From: an uncultured Collinsella sp.
GTDB lineage: Bacteria; Actinomycetota; Coriobacteriia; Coriobacteriales; Coriobacteriaceae
Length of the DNA stretch: 64,000 nucleotides
Reading direction: 5' to 3'
Assembly (NCBI GenBank): GCA_902479135.1
Contig: CABSNU010000006.1
Location: forward strand, 11,070 to 75,069
A program made the position numbers and the translations under genes. This document shows positions 8,973-18,033 of the stretch, piece after piece; the stretch's first letter is position 1; every line of letters begins with the position of its first letter. Under the pieces are notes generated by a model. The model made no database searches, had not been told where the DNA came from, and saw nothing but the letters and a program-made list of their open reading frames with translations.

Positions 8973-10260
8973 ACTCGACCGGGGCGTTGACCTTGTCGAT
9001 GGTCCAGGCGGCTCCGAGGCCGCCGGTGGTGTTGCGGCGGATGCGCACGGTGACTTCGTGGCGCTCGCCTGCCTGCGTGTAACGCAGGGGGAAGCTTGCG
9101 CGGTTTCGCGCGGCCTCGATGGTTCCGCGCTCGCGGGCGATCCAGTAGTACTCGCCGACGATGCCGAGCGTGTCGGCGCCGTAGGGGAGATAGGTCGACA
9201 ACTGGTGCAGAAGCGGGCCGGGGCAGAAGACCTCGGTTGCGAAATCGACGGGGAAGTCCTCGGGGATGGCGGGCGCTACGGGTGCGGGGGCCGGTACCAT
9301 CGTCGGTGCGAAGGCCTGCTCATTGACGGGCGTCACCTCGATGACGGGCGCGGGTTCGGCGCCGAGTACTGATTCGGTGTCCGCTTTCGGCATCGCCGCG
9401 GAATCTGCGGGCTCGACGATGGCGGGTGCGTCTGCGGTCGCGGTGTCGAACTCGACTTGCGGAGCGCTCTGATTCTCGACGCTCGACTTTGCCTCGATGG
9501 GCGTGGAGGCCATGGTGGTGATGCCGGCGTTGGCGTTCTCGGGGTCATAGACGACCGTAAGCGAGATGGCAGGCTGCGGTGCCTCGGGCTCCGATGCCAC
9601 CTCGGTAGCGTCCTGTTCTGCGGGCTCGCAAGGCTGATCGTCCTCGGCCTCGTCGCCAAAGACATCGCTGTTTTGGAACGCAGACGTCTCGGGCTGGTCG
9701 GCGGCTTCTTCGGTTGTCGACTTGGGAGCTTCGTTGAGCTCCGCAGTGGCTTCCTGCTCGGATATGACTTTGGGATCGGCCGTGGTGGCGATTTCGGTTT
9801 CGGCTTGTGCCGTTACCTCAATAGCGACTTCGATCTCGGGCTCGGGCTCGGGCACAGCTTCAACTACGGGCTCGGGACGCTTAACGTGCTTGGGGCGCAC
9901 GGCCTTCAGGTCCTTCTCGCCGCGCTTCTTCTTTTTGTAGGATTGCTTGGCTCCCTTGGCTGCCTTGGGCTTGTCCTCGCCCTTGGCAAGGGCGGTATCC
10001 CAGGCATCGTTGGCGATGACGGTGGCATACAGGCGACCGCCCTTAAAGACAGTCAGCTTAATGCAGTCGTCGAGCTCCTCGAGCAGCTCGCGCGTTGACT
10101 CGAAGCCCAGGTCATAAGCGGCCATGTCGCCCGCGGCGAGCGCCTCTTCGACCTGCGTCATAAACGTTTGCTTGCCGCATCCAATCGCATCGCGCAGCAG
10201 GCGATACAGATAGATGTGGTTGCCCAGCGATAGCGTGGGCCTAACTATTGTCTTGCTCAT
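8971..10260 (-). CDS. Hypothetical protein with possible N-terminal LOTUS/OST-HTH-like domain and long acidic Pro/Ala linker
   Basis: AGAGGAG RBS before ATG 10260; YDLGFESTRELLEEL resembles the OST-HTH 'yGf..l..ll' motif. Confidence 0.55.
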   Translation of the reverse strand: MSKTIVRPTLSLGNHIYLYRLLRDAIGCGKQTFMTQVEEALAAGDMAAYDLGFESTRELLEELDDCIKLTVFKGGRLYATVIANDAWDTALAKGEDKPKAAKGAKQSYKKKKRGEKDLKAVRPKHVKRPEPVVEAVPEPEPEIEVAIEVTAQAETEIATTADPKVISEQEATAELNEAPKSTTEEAADQPETSAFQNSDVFGDEAEDDQPCEPAEQDATEVASEPEAPQPAISLTVVYDPENANAGITTMASTPIEAKSSVENQSAPQVEFDTATADAPAIVEPADSAAMPKADTESVLGAEPAPVIEVTPVNEQAFAPTMVPAPAPVAPAIPEDFPVDFATEVFCPGPLLHQLSTYLPYGADTLGIVGEYYWIARERGTIEAARNRASFPLRYTQAGERHEVTVRIRRNTTGGLGAAWTIDKVNAPVE

Positions 10261-10396
10261 GGCAAATCTCCTCTTTACACACGTAAAGCATCTTACCATC
10301 GCATAGCGTTCGCCATGACGGCACCCAAGGCAAACGGGCGCGAACCGCTATCGATTCGCGCCCGTTGTACAGGTTGCCTATCTGGGGATGCAGCGC

Positions 10397-11347
10397 CTAG
10401 TTGCCCGATGTCGTGCCTTGGCTTGAACTGTCAGATGTCGTGCCCGATGTGGTGCCACTCGAATTGCTGCTGTTGCTGTCTGCTGTGCTCGTTCCCGACG
10501 TGGTGTCGCTAGTTTGGCCGCCCGTGTTCGGCTGCGAACCGTCGGTCGTTTGGCTTGAGTCGGTTGTGCCGGACGGCGTGCCACTGTTGGACGTAGAGGA
10601 ATCGGTGCCCTGCGATTGGTTTTGGGTGTTCGATGACGAGTCGGCAGAGGTAGAACTGTCTTGCGTGCCGTCCGTCTGTGCCTGCTGGCTTTGCGATTGG
10701 CCGGAGCTATCCGCGTCGCTCTTGGTCGTGCGCGACGAAAGGATCGGCTCGGGGCGCTCGCCCAGACCCTCGCCGGCGGTGGTGATAAGGATGGCGCCGG
10801 CGCAGGCGATGACCGCGACGATGGCGATGGCGATCGAGAAGACGATGACCTTCTTTTGCGTCTGGCTGCGCTCTGCCGCCGCCTTGGCGCGCAGGCTGTC
10901 GGGAGCGACGCGCGCCGTGGTTGCGCGCCCCGCAATCTGGCGCATCTCCTGCGTAGTCGCGGCGCCGCCCAGGTGCTCCTCGGCATTAAACTCAACGGGC
11001 TTATAGGCGCCGGCGGGGTAGTCGACGGCGGCGTGCGTACCTTTGAGGGCTTCGGCGCTGGCAGAGATAAAGTGGCGGTAGACCTGCGAAGACACAACGG
11101 TGATGACCGAGCTCACGGCGGCGCCGATTACCGATCCGGCGATACCGATCTTGGAGGCAAGCGCGACGCTCGTGGCGGCAGCTGCGGCGCCGGCGATGAT
11201 CTGGGGAATTGAAATGTCGTCGAACAGGCCCTTTTTGGGCGCGATGGCCATGGTCTGTCCGATGGAATGGTTTTCGTGAACGCCGTTGTTGAGCGATGCC
11301 GGCGTCATGACACGTGTGCGCGGCGCGTCGGTGTACTTGGTTGTCAT
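10397..11347 (-). CDS. Hypothetical membrane protein with Ser/Thr-rich extracellular tail
   Basis: GGAGG RBS before ATG 11347; hydrophobic segments IIAGAAAAATS, GSVIGAAVSSV, VIVFSIAIAIVAVIA; S/T/G-rich C-terminus. Confidence 0.75.
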   Translation of the reverse strand: MTTKYTDAPRTRVMTPASLNNGVHENHSIGQTMAIAPKKGLFDDISIPQIIAGAAAAATSVALASKIGIAGSVIGAAVSSVITVVSSQVYRHFISASAEALKGTHAAVDYPAGAYKPVEFNAEEHLGGAATTQEMRQIAGRATTARVAPDSLRAKAAAERSQTQKKVIVFSIAIAIVAVIACAGAILITTAGEGLGERPEPILSSRTTKSDADSSGQSQSQQAQTDGTQDSSTSADSSSNTQNQSQGTDSSTSNSGTPSGTTDSSQTTDGSQPNTGGQTSDTTSGTSTADSNSSNSSGTTSGTTSDSSSQGTTSGN

Positions 11348-11519
11348 ACGGGGTCCTCCCGGTGTAAATCTGCTTCGTTTCGTGTAGCCCTCAGGGTACC
11401 CACCAGATGTGAATCGTGCGTGACGTTTAACAGATACCATCAACTCATCAAGGGGGGCTTGCTGTCTTTGGCGAAATAGCTTGATGCTAAACTGGACTTA
11501 CGATTGCGAGGTGGTTTAC

Positions 11520-11783
11520 GTGATGTACCCGTATATGACATTCGAAGACGGTACCGAGGTCATTCATTCTGACCTGATTACAGATGTCGATGTCGAAAAG
11601 GTTATCGTGCATTTTGAACGACCGACGGCAGAGGGCTTCGACTCCGCTCGTTGTGAGTTGCCTTCCTGTTCGTGGACTGACTGGGAAGGGCATTTTACTC
11701 AGAGTGAAAAACGAGCTTTCGAAGAGTGTTTGAGCAAATTATTTAGATTAGTTCGAATAAAGAAGCTGAATGCGATGACCTAA
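11520..11783 (+). CDS. Conserved hypothetical protein (MYPYMT.. type), possibly 3'-truncated at the islet edge
   Basis: GAGGTGG RBS then GTG-ATG-TAC-CCG; sequence becomes AT-rich in the last ~15 codons. Confidence 0.55.
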   Translation: MMYPYMTFEDGTEVIHSDLITDVDVEKVIVHFERPTAEGFDSARCELPSCSWTDWEGHFTQSEKRAFEECLSKLFRLVRIKKLNAMT

Positions 11784-11830
11784 AGCGTATGCATTTTTAG
11801 TATTAGATGCGTATGAAATGGAGGATGTGA

Positions 11831-12112
11831 ATGGATGAGCTAATAGACTTTAAAAAACGATTTCTCAAGAATGGCGAGCTGGTTTCAATTCCAAAAAAGG
11901 AAAGCTATAAAAGAATCATGCTGCTATGGGCCGTCTCTTTCTTTGAATTAAATACAAGTTATACGGAGCTTCAGGTTAATCGTGTGCTTTCACAGCTCTA
12001 TCCTGATTATGCCGTGTTGAGGCGGTATTTGGTTGATTATGGATTCCTATTAAGGGATGAACGAGGCCTGAAATACGAGGTTAATCGTGATGTTCACGGT
12101 ATTGAGAGCTAG
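11831..12112 (+). CDS. DUF2087 domain protein
   Basis: IPKK..KR..L..F..YTE.QVN..L..YPDYAVLRRYLVDYGFLLRD motif; GGAGG RBS. Confidence 0.85.
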   Translation: MDELIDFKKRFLKNGELVSIPKKESYKRIMLLWAVSFFELNTSYTELQVNRVLSQLYPDYAVLRRYLVDYGFLLRDERGLKYEVNRDVHGIES

Positions 12113-13274
12113 CCGTCCGGTTCGGGTCCTATATATTGCTAGAGGGATAAGCGAAATAGGCAATTGGTGTGCGAATATTGCTTTGCCAATGCTGATTTAC
12201 GAGGTAACTCACGATGTTTCTGCAACTGCTTTGATGGTCTGCTGCAGATTTGCCCCCTCTCTGTTTTCAGTTGCGCTCGCGCAGCTGCCTCAGAAGATGG
12301 GTATCGGGACACTGCAGGCCATGAGATTGGCAGACTTAATTCGCGCGGGATTATTCGTTTGCTATATTTTTGTTGATAGTAAATGGAGTATGTTTGCTAT
12401 TACGTGCGCGGTATCGCTTTGCCGAACGGTTGAAATGCCCTGCTTTTACTCGTTGTTAAGAGCCAATACGAATAGTATCAATCGCGACGTAATTAATAAT
12501 TCGTTTGGGTTTCTGCAGAATTTGATGATGGTTCTGGGGCCAGTTGCCGGCGGTTTTGTTGTCGCTCAATTTGGGGCGGAGGCTGTTCTTGCATTAGACG
12601 CGCTATCTTTTGCCGCGTCGTTCTGGTTGCTGCGAGATGTTCCGTCGGTTATCGAGGTTAATGATAAAGAGGGGATAAGCAAAAATGAAAAATACAGGAC
12701 TGCATTTAGTGATCTTAGCGCGAAGCACTTGGCAATTGGTTTCCTATTAATCGATATTTCTAGTGGCGTGGCATTCGGCTCTCTGAATTCTCTTTTGCCA
12801 GCTATAGCGCAATTGCAATTTGACTCGTCATCGATACAATACGGATTCCTTCAGAGCAGTCTTACAATCGGACTGTTGTTCGGAAATACAATATATGGTC
12901 GTTTAATCAGTGGTTCCGATTGCGTTAAATCATATTGTTTTGTGACGTATCTTGCGCTCGGTGCGTATCTGGCGTTTGGCTATCGCTATGCGTCTGGGAT
13001 ATCGTTTATTTTCCTTTTTATCGTCGGTGCCGGAAACGCCATTCAAGATGTGCTTCTCATAACATCGCTGCAGGATTTGGCGAGAGACGGATCTGAATCG
13101 ATAGGCCTGTTTTCAATTAGGGAGTCTTTGCAATCGGTTGCTGTTGTTATTTCAACACTCCTTGTTTCGCTGTTCACGAGCATCGCGATGTTCTCAATTC
13201 TCGTTACAGGACTTGGTGTATTTTCAATTATGATGGTAGTTGTGTTTCAATTGAATTATTTGCGAAAGATGTGA
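12087..13274 (+). CDS. MFS transporter (macrolide-efflux/DHA3-like), probable exporter
   Basis: About 12 hydrophobic segments; ISEIGNW, ADLIRA, VLGPVAGG, DALSFAAS. Confidence 0.85.
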   Translation: MMFTVLRASRPVRVLYIARGISEIGNWCANIALPMLIYEVTHDVSATALMVCCRFAPSLFSVALAQLPQKMGIGTLQAMRLADLIRAGLFVCYIFVDSKWSMFAITCAVSLCRTVEMPCFYSLLRANTNSINRDVINNSFGFLQNLMMVLGPVAGGFVVAQFGAEAVLALDALSFAASFWLLRDVPSVIEVNDKEGISKNEKYRTAFSDLSAKHLAIGFLLIDISSGVAFGSLNSLLPAIAQLQFDSSSIQYGFLQSSLTIGLLFGNTIYGRLISGSDCVKSYCFVTYLALGAYLAFGYRYASGISFIFLFIVGAGNAIQDVLLITSLQDLARDGSESIGLFSIRESLQSVAVVISTLLVSLFTSIAMFSILVTGLGVFSIMMVVVFQLNYLRKM

Positions 13275-13281
13275 CGTTGAT

Positions 13282-15603
13282 ATGCCTAAAACGCTTTTAG
13301 TATTTCCCCCAGGATGGAGTCCAGTGGGGCCGTATCTTGCCTTGCCTGTTTTGAAGTCATATCTTCAAGAGGTTGAACAATACAAAGTTGACATTGTTGA
13401 CTTAAACGTGGAATTTTACGATGACCTCCTATCTTTTAGACATGTCGAAGAGTGCTGTAAAAGGTATCGGGAATCAAAGGATTCGTTTAGTTCGAATGTT
13501 CAATTAACAATCGAGTTGATACAAAAGTCAGCACTTAATGTTGACGAGGCAAAAGATATTTTCAGATCGAAGAGATACTTCGATCTGAAAGAAAGACAAT
13601 ATGCTGAAAACATTTTTAGAAATGCACTCTATATCATAAATCACGTCTCATATGGAGTTAAATACACGTTCAACTCCATAGATCTGCCCTATGATTATTA
13701 TTCGACACCAGAAATAATGAAATCGCTTGCGGATACCCTGCATAATCCGTTTATTTCCTTCTATGAAACTGCCTTTCTTAAGCGTATTCAGAGGGAAAAA
13801 ATCGAGTTTATTGGGATTTCGGTGAGCGGCTGTTTCCAATTGATTTCTGCAGTTACGTTAGCGAAACTGATTAAAGAAGAATGTCCATCTGTTAAACACG
13901 TCTCATTGGGCGGCAATTACATTACTCGTTTAGCAGATGACTGCATGAAAGAATGGCATCCCTTTTTTGAATACATTGATTCGATAATGATGTATGACGG
14001 CGAAGAGCCGCTTGCACGTCTTCTTGAGGCTCTTGACTCTGGTGATGACAATCTCGACTGTGTTCCAAACCTTTGCCATGCTAAAGGTGGAAAGATATAT
14101 AAAAACCATCGGATTGAGCAAACATTTATCAACGATACAGTTCCCGATTTCGATGGCTTCGCCCTTTCTAAATACTTCATGCCTGAGTTAATATTGCCGG
14201 TTTATTCCTCTAGGCAGTGTTTTAATCATTGCGCCTTCTGCACCATTCCCGGTGCTACCGGTGGTTGTTACCGAAAGATGCCTATATCGAGAGTATTTGA
14301 AATAATGTGTCGGTTAAATGAAAAATACGGCACGAGAGTTTTCTCTTTTGTGGATGAAACATTCGAAGGCAAAAGAATGGAGCAACTCGCGGATGAAATA
14401 AACGCATCGGGAAAAACGTTTTTCTGGCATGGAGAAACGAGGTTCTCTCCAACCCTAAGTACAGACGTTTTCAACAAGATATACCAAAGTGGATGTAGGC
14501 AGATTCAGTTTGGCCTCGAGTCATACAACCAAAGAGTTCTTGATCTAATGAAGAAGAACACGAGAGTTGATTGGATTGATCGCAATATCCATGATTGTCT
14601 CAATGCGGGTATTCCTGTTCATCTATTCTTTATGATTGGCTTTCCGACCGAAACTAAAGAAGAGGCTCTGAACACCTTAGCTTATACAGAGAATGTTTTG
14701 AATTATTCAAAACAGGTATGTGGTGTTCCATATTCCACGAGAGGATTTACGAATTTTGGTCTCGTTATGGGGTCGGATGTTTGGAATCATCCCGATAAGT
14801 ATGGTGTCTCTGTAATGCCGAAGTCCCAATATGAGGATTTGCGCCTCGAAGTGGATTATGTTTCAGGCACTGGTTTAACTTTAAATGAAGCAAAATCCTT
14901 ATCTGATGAGCATCATATTGATTTTTATATGCAAGAGGTCATAAACGGTAGCGACACAATTGACTTGCCCCAGCGGCTTCATATTTCAGAGGTGACCTGG
15001 ATCCTAGATTCTATTCACGCTGTCAGGTATAAGGGACATTTGACCAAAGTAAAGCGACGGCTAACTAGTCTAAATCCAGCTGATCGAATCTGGCTGGATT
15101 CCAAGACCTCTGTCGTGCTCGTTGAGCCATTTGCCTACTTCTATAATTCTGAATACCATCATGTCTATGCTGTTTCCCAGTTGGTATACCTTAAGTTGGC
15201 CCGTTTATTGGAGGCCGATTGTAGCATTTCTCTTATTCTTGATCAGGGCGACCTCGAGCTGACAAGGGCGATAGAAGAACTGTTGCATTATGGATTGCTG
15301 AATACAAATATCGATGCCGATTATGTAATGCACGATAATGGTTTTCAATTGGTTAAAAGTTCGTTTGTTAAAGAAGTCGGACGCTCAAAAGAGGGGTTAA
15401 GAGTACTGCTGAGTTGTGCCACCCATAGAATGTGTGCGGTTAATGATTTTTCGTTCGCTTTGCTTTCGTTGTTTGAAAAGCCGATTACTAAGAACGAGGT
15501 GCGCGACATTTTGAAAAAAGAGGGACTATCGACAAACGAGGAGCAATTAAACAAGTTGGTTGATAATTGCATGAAAGCAGATATACTACAATTAATTAGA
15601 TAG
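13282..15603 (+). CDS. Cobalamin-binding radical SAM enzyme with C-terminal RRE/PqqD-like repeats; probable RiPP maturase
   Basis: FPPGW.P..PYLALP.LKSYL N-terminus; B12-domain IGIS..QL..A..IK..GGNY; CxxxCxxC (CFNHCAFC); FVDETF, GLES.NQRVL.LM.K, MIGFPTET; ~200-aa C-terminal extension. Confidence 0.85.
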   Translation: MPKTLLVFPPGWSPVGPYLALPVLKSYLQEVEQYKVDIVDLNVEFYDDLLSFRHVEECCKRYRESKDSFSSNVQLTIELIQKSALNVDEAKDIFRSKRYFDLKERQYAENIFRNALYIINHVSYGVKYTFNSIDLPYDYYSTPEIMKSLADTLHNPFISFYETAFLKRIQREKIEFIGISVSGCFQLISAVTLAKLIKEECPSVKHVSLGGNYITRLADDCMKEWHPFFEYIDSIMMYDGEEPLARLLEALDSGDDNLDCVPNLCHAKGGKIYKNHRIEQTFINDTVPDFDGFALSKYFMPELILPVYSSRQCFNHCAFCTIPGATGGCYRKMPISRVFEIMCRLNEKYGTRVFSFVDETFEGKRMEQLADEINASGKTFFWHGETRFSPTLSTDVFNKIYQSGCRQIQFGLESYNQRVLDLMKKNTRVDWIDRNIHDCLNAGIPVHLFFMIGFPTETKEEALNTLAYTENVLNYSKQVCGVPYSTRGFTNFGLVMGSDVWNHPDKYGVSVMPKSQYEDLRLEVDYVSGTGLTLNEAKSLSDEHHIDFYMQEVINGSDTIDLPQRLHISEVTWILDSIHAVRYKGHLTKVKRRLTSLNPADRIWLDSKTSVVLVEPFAYFYNSEYHHVYAVSQLVYLKLARLLEADCSISLILDQGDLELTRAIEELLHYGLLNTNIDADYVMHDNGFQLVKSSFVKEVGRSKEGLRVLLSCATHRMCAVNDFSFALLSLFEKPITKNEVRDILKKEGLSTNEEQLNKLVDNCMKADILQLIR

Positions 15604-15616
15604 AGGAGGTTTCTGC

Positions 15617-15727
15617 ATGGACGTTATTAATAAAGATCTCTTGGAGCAACTGAAAGAGTCTCAGGAAGAGGGCGTCGTGGTAGAAGTGTTCGACTTTGAG
15701 GACTACATGGATAAATTCTGCCATTAG
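15617..15727 (+). CDS. 36-aa putative RiPP precursor MDVINKDLLEQLKESQEEGVVVEVFDFEDYMDKFCH (not in ORF track)
   Basis: AGGAGGT RBS at 15604-15610, ATG 15617, TAG 15725-15727; lies between the rSAM stop and a terminator. Confidence 0.75.
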   Translation: MDVINKDLLEQLKESQEEGVVVEVFDFEDYMDKFCH

Positions 15728-15751
15728 TTTCGGAATTTACTTGCCTCGCTT

Positions 15752-15785
15752 AAAGGAGAAGTCGATTATCGATTTCTCCTTTTTT
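15752..15785 (+). terminator. Intrinsic terminator closing the rSAM/peptide operon
   Basis: AAAGGAGAAGTCGA-tta-TCGATTTCTCCTTTTTT. Confidence 0.8.
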
Positions 15786-15915
15786 AATTAAAGATATTTT
15801 TGAAATACATGCTCTTAGCACAGGCTGGCGTCTCAGTAAACTGGGAGGTTGCTTTGGCTAGTTAGAGATATGTGAACGTCCGTTAGACTGAATCTCAGGG
15901 TAGAAGGGGCCTCCA

Positions 15916-17916
15916 GTGTCCAGATCAACAAGGCAATGCTGCGTTTCGGCTAATAAGAACGATGGCTTTTTGCGTGTGGCGGCGGCGTCGCCGCAGATTC
16001 GCGTGGCCGATGTCGAGGGCAATGCCGAGGTTGCGCTGGCGGCTGTTCGCGATGCTGCCGGGCGTGGCGTTCGCGCGCTGGTGTTGCCCGAGCTTAACCT
16101 AACCGGCTATACCGCGGCCGACCTGTTCCATAACCGCACGCTGCTGCATGCCTGTGAGGCGGCGCTTGTGCGCATCCTCGACGAGACGCGTGACCTGCCG
16201 ATCGTCTTTACCGTTGGCTTGCCCGTTGCGGTGGCAGAAAACATCTACAACTGCGCCGCCGTGTGCTGCGCGGGCGAGCTTTTGGGCCTCACGGCCAAGA
16301 AGCATCTGCCCAACTATGGCGAGTTCTACGAGCGCCGCTGGTTTGCTCCGGCGCCCGCAGATCCTGTATGGGTCGAGTTTGCCGGTCAGGGTCCGGTTCC
16401 GCTGGGTTCGGGGCTTGTCTACCGCTGCTGTGATGAGGGCGCCGAGGACCTGGTGCTGGGCGTTGAGGTCTGTGAGGACCTGTGGGTGCCGGCGCCCCCT
16501 TCGACCGAGATGGCGCTTGCCGGTGCGACGGTGATTCTCAACTCGTCGGCTTCGGACGAAATCATCGGTAAGGCTGACTACCGCCGCAGCCTCATATCCA
16601 ACCAGAGCGCGCGCCTGTACTGTGCCTATGCCTACGCGGATGCGAGTGAGGGCGAGTCCACGACCGACATGGTCTTTGCGGGCGAGAACCTCGTCTACGA
16701 AAACGGCTCCAAGCTCGCCGCGACCAAACTGCTTACCTGTGATATGGCCATCGCCGACGTTGACCTTGACCGCCTGGTTGCCGAGCGCCGTCGCTCGACG
16801 ACGTGGACGCGCGCGGACGATGCGCCGGAGGCCACGACCGTTGAGTTCTCTTTTGAGGGCGTGCTGACAGACGAACCTGTCCTGCGCGATGCACTCGGCA
16901 TCGACCGTGTCTTCCCCCGCGCGCCCTTTGTGCCGGCCGACCATGGTGACCTGGCCGAGCGTTGCGAGACCATCCTCGACCTGCAGACCGCCGGCCTCAA
17001 GACCCGCCTGGCCCATACGGGCACCAAGGCTGCAGTCATCGGTCTTTCGGGCGGCCTGGACTCCACGCTGGCACTGCTTGTGACCGTGCGCGCCTTCGAT
17101 GCACTGGGGCTGCCGCGCACCGGTATCACGGCCGTGTCCATGCCCGGCTTTGGCACGACGCATCGCACCAAGTCGAATGCCGAGTCGCTCGCTCGCGACC
17201 TTGGCGTGAGCTTCCGCGAGGTTTCGATCCACGCGGCCGTGGAGCAGCACTTCAAGGACATTGAGCACGATCCGGCCGTGCAGGACGTGACCTACGAGAA
17301 CAGCCAGGCCCGCGAGCGCACGCAGATTCTGATGGATCTGGCCAACCAGGCTGGCGGTTTTGTCATCGGCACGGGCGACCTGTCGGAGCTGGCGCTCGGT
17401 TGGGCTACCTATAACGGCGACCACATGAGCATGTACGCCGTCAACGCGAGCGTGCCCAAGACGCTTGTGCGCCATCTGGTGCGCTATGCGGCCGATGTCT
17501 TTGGCGGGCGTATTGCCGAGGTCTTGCTCGATATCCTCGATACGCCGGTGTCCCCCGAGCTCCTGCCGCCCACGGGCGACGGCGAGATTGCGCAGAAGAC
17601 TGAGGACCTGGTGGGCCCGTACGAGCTGCACGACTACTTCCTCTACTACCTGCTGCGTTTTGGCTTTGAGCCGGGCAAGATCTACCGCATGGCGCTCAAG
17701 AGCTTCGAGGGCGTCTACGACGTCAAGACCATTCACACGTGGCTACGCACGTTCTACCGTCGCTTCTTTGCCCAGCAGTTTAAGCGCAGCTGCCTGCCCG
17801 ATGGCCCCAAGGTGGGCTCGGTCACGCTCAGCCCGCGCGGCGATTGGCGCATGCCGAGTGACGCCAGCTCGCGCCTGTGGCTCGCCCAGATTGACGCGCT
17901 CAATCCGATGGACTAA
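15916..17916 (+). CDS. nadE: Glutamine-dependent NAD+ synthetase
   Basis: Nitrilase domain (LPEL..TGY, K.HLPNYGEFYE.RWF, EVCEDLW) and SGGLDSTL, ENSQARER, QQFKRSCLPDGP. Confidence 0.95.
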   Translation: MSRSTRQCCVSANKNDGFLRVAAASPQIRVADVEGNAEVALAAVRDAAGRGVRALVLPELNLTGYTAADLFHNRTLLHACEAALVRILDETRDLPIVFTVGLPVAVAENIYNCAAVCCAGELLGLTAKKHLPNYGEFYERRWFAPAPADPVWVEFAGQGPVPLGSGLVYRCCDEGAEDLVLGVEVCEDLWVPAPPSTEMALAGATVILNSSASDEIIGKADYRRSLISNQSARLYCAYAYADASEGESTTDMVFAGENLVYENGSKLAATKLLTCDMAIADVDLDRLVAERRRSTTWTRADDAPEATTVEFSFEGVLTDEPVLRDALGIDRVFPRAPFVPADHGDLAERCETILDLQTAGLKTRLAHTGTKAAVIGLSGGLDSTLALLVTVRAFDALGLPRTGITAVSMPGFGTTHRTKSNAESLARDLGVSFREVSIHAAVEQHFKDIEHDPAVQDVTYENSQARERTQILMDLANQAGGFVIGTGDLSELALGWATYNGDHMSMYAVNASVPKTLVRHLVRYAADVFGGRIAEVLLDILDTPVSPELLPPTGDGEIAQKTEDLVGPYELHDYFLYYLLRFGFEPGKIYRMALKSFEGVYDVKTIHTWLRTFYRRFFAQQFKRSCLPDGPKVGSVTLSPRGDWRMPSDASSRLWLAQIDALNPMD

Positions 17917-18033
17917 GGTTGCCAAATTGAACCAAAACAGCGGGTGCAAGCGTTACACTTTTGCAATCTGATGGCCCGTATCGCGCGGCGCTCTTGTCGG
18001 AGCGCCGCGTTTTTCATATCGAAAGGTGGCACC

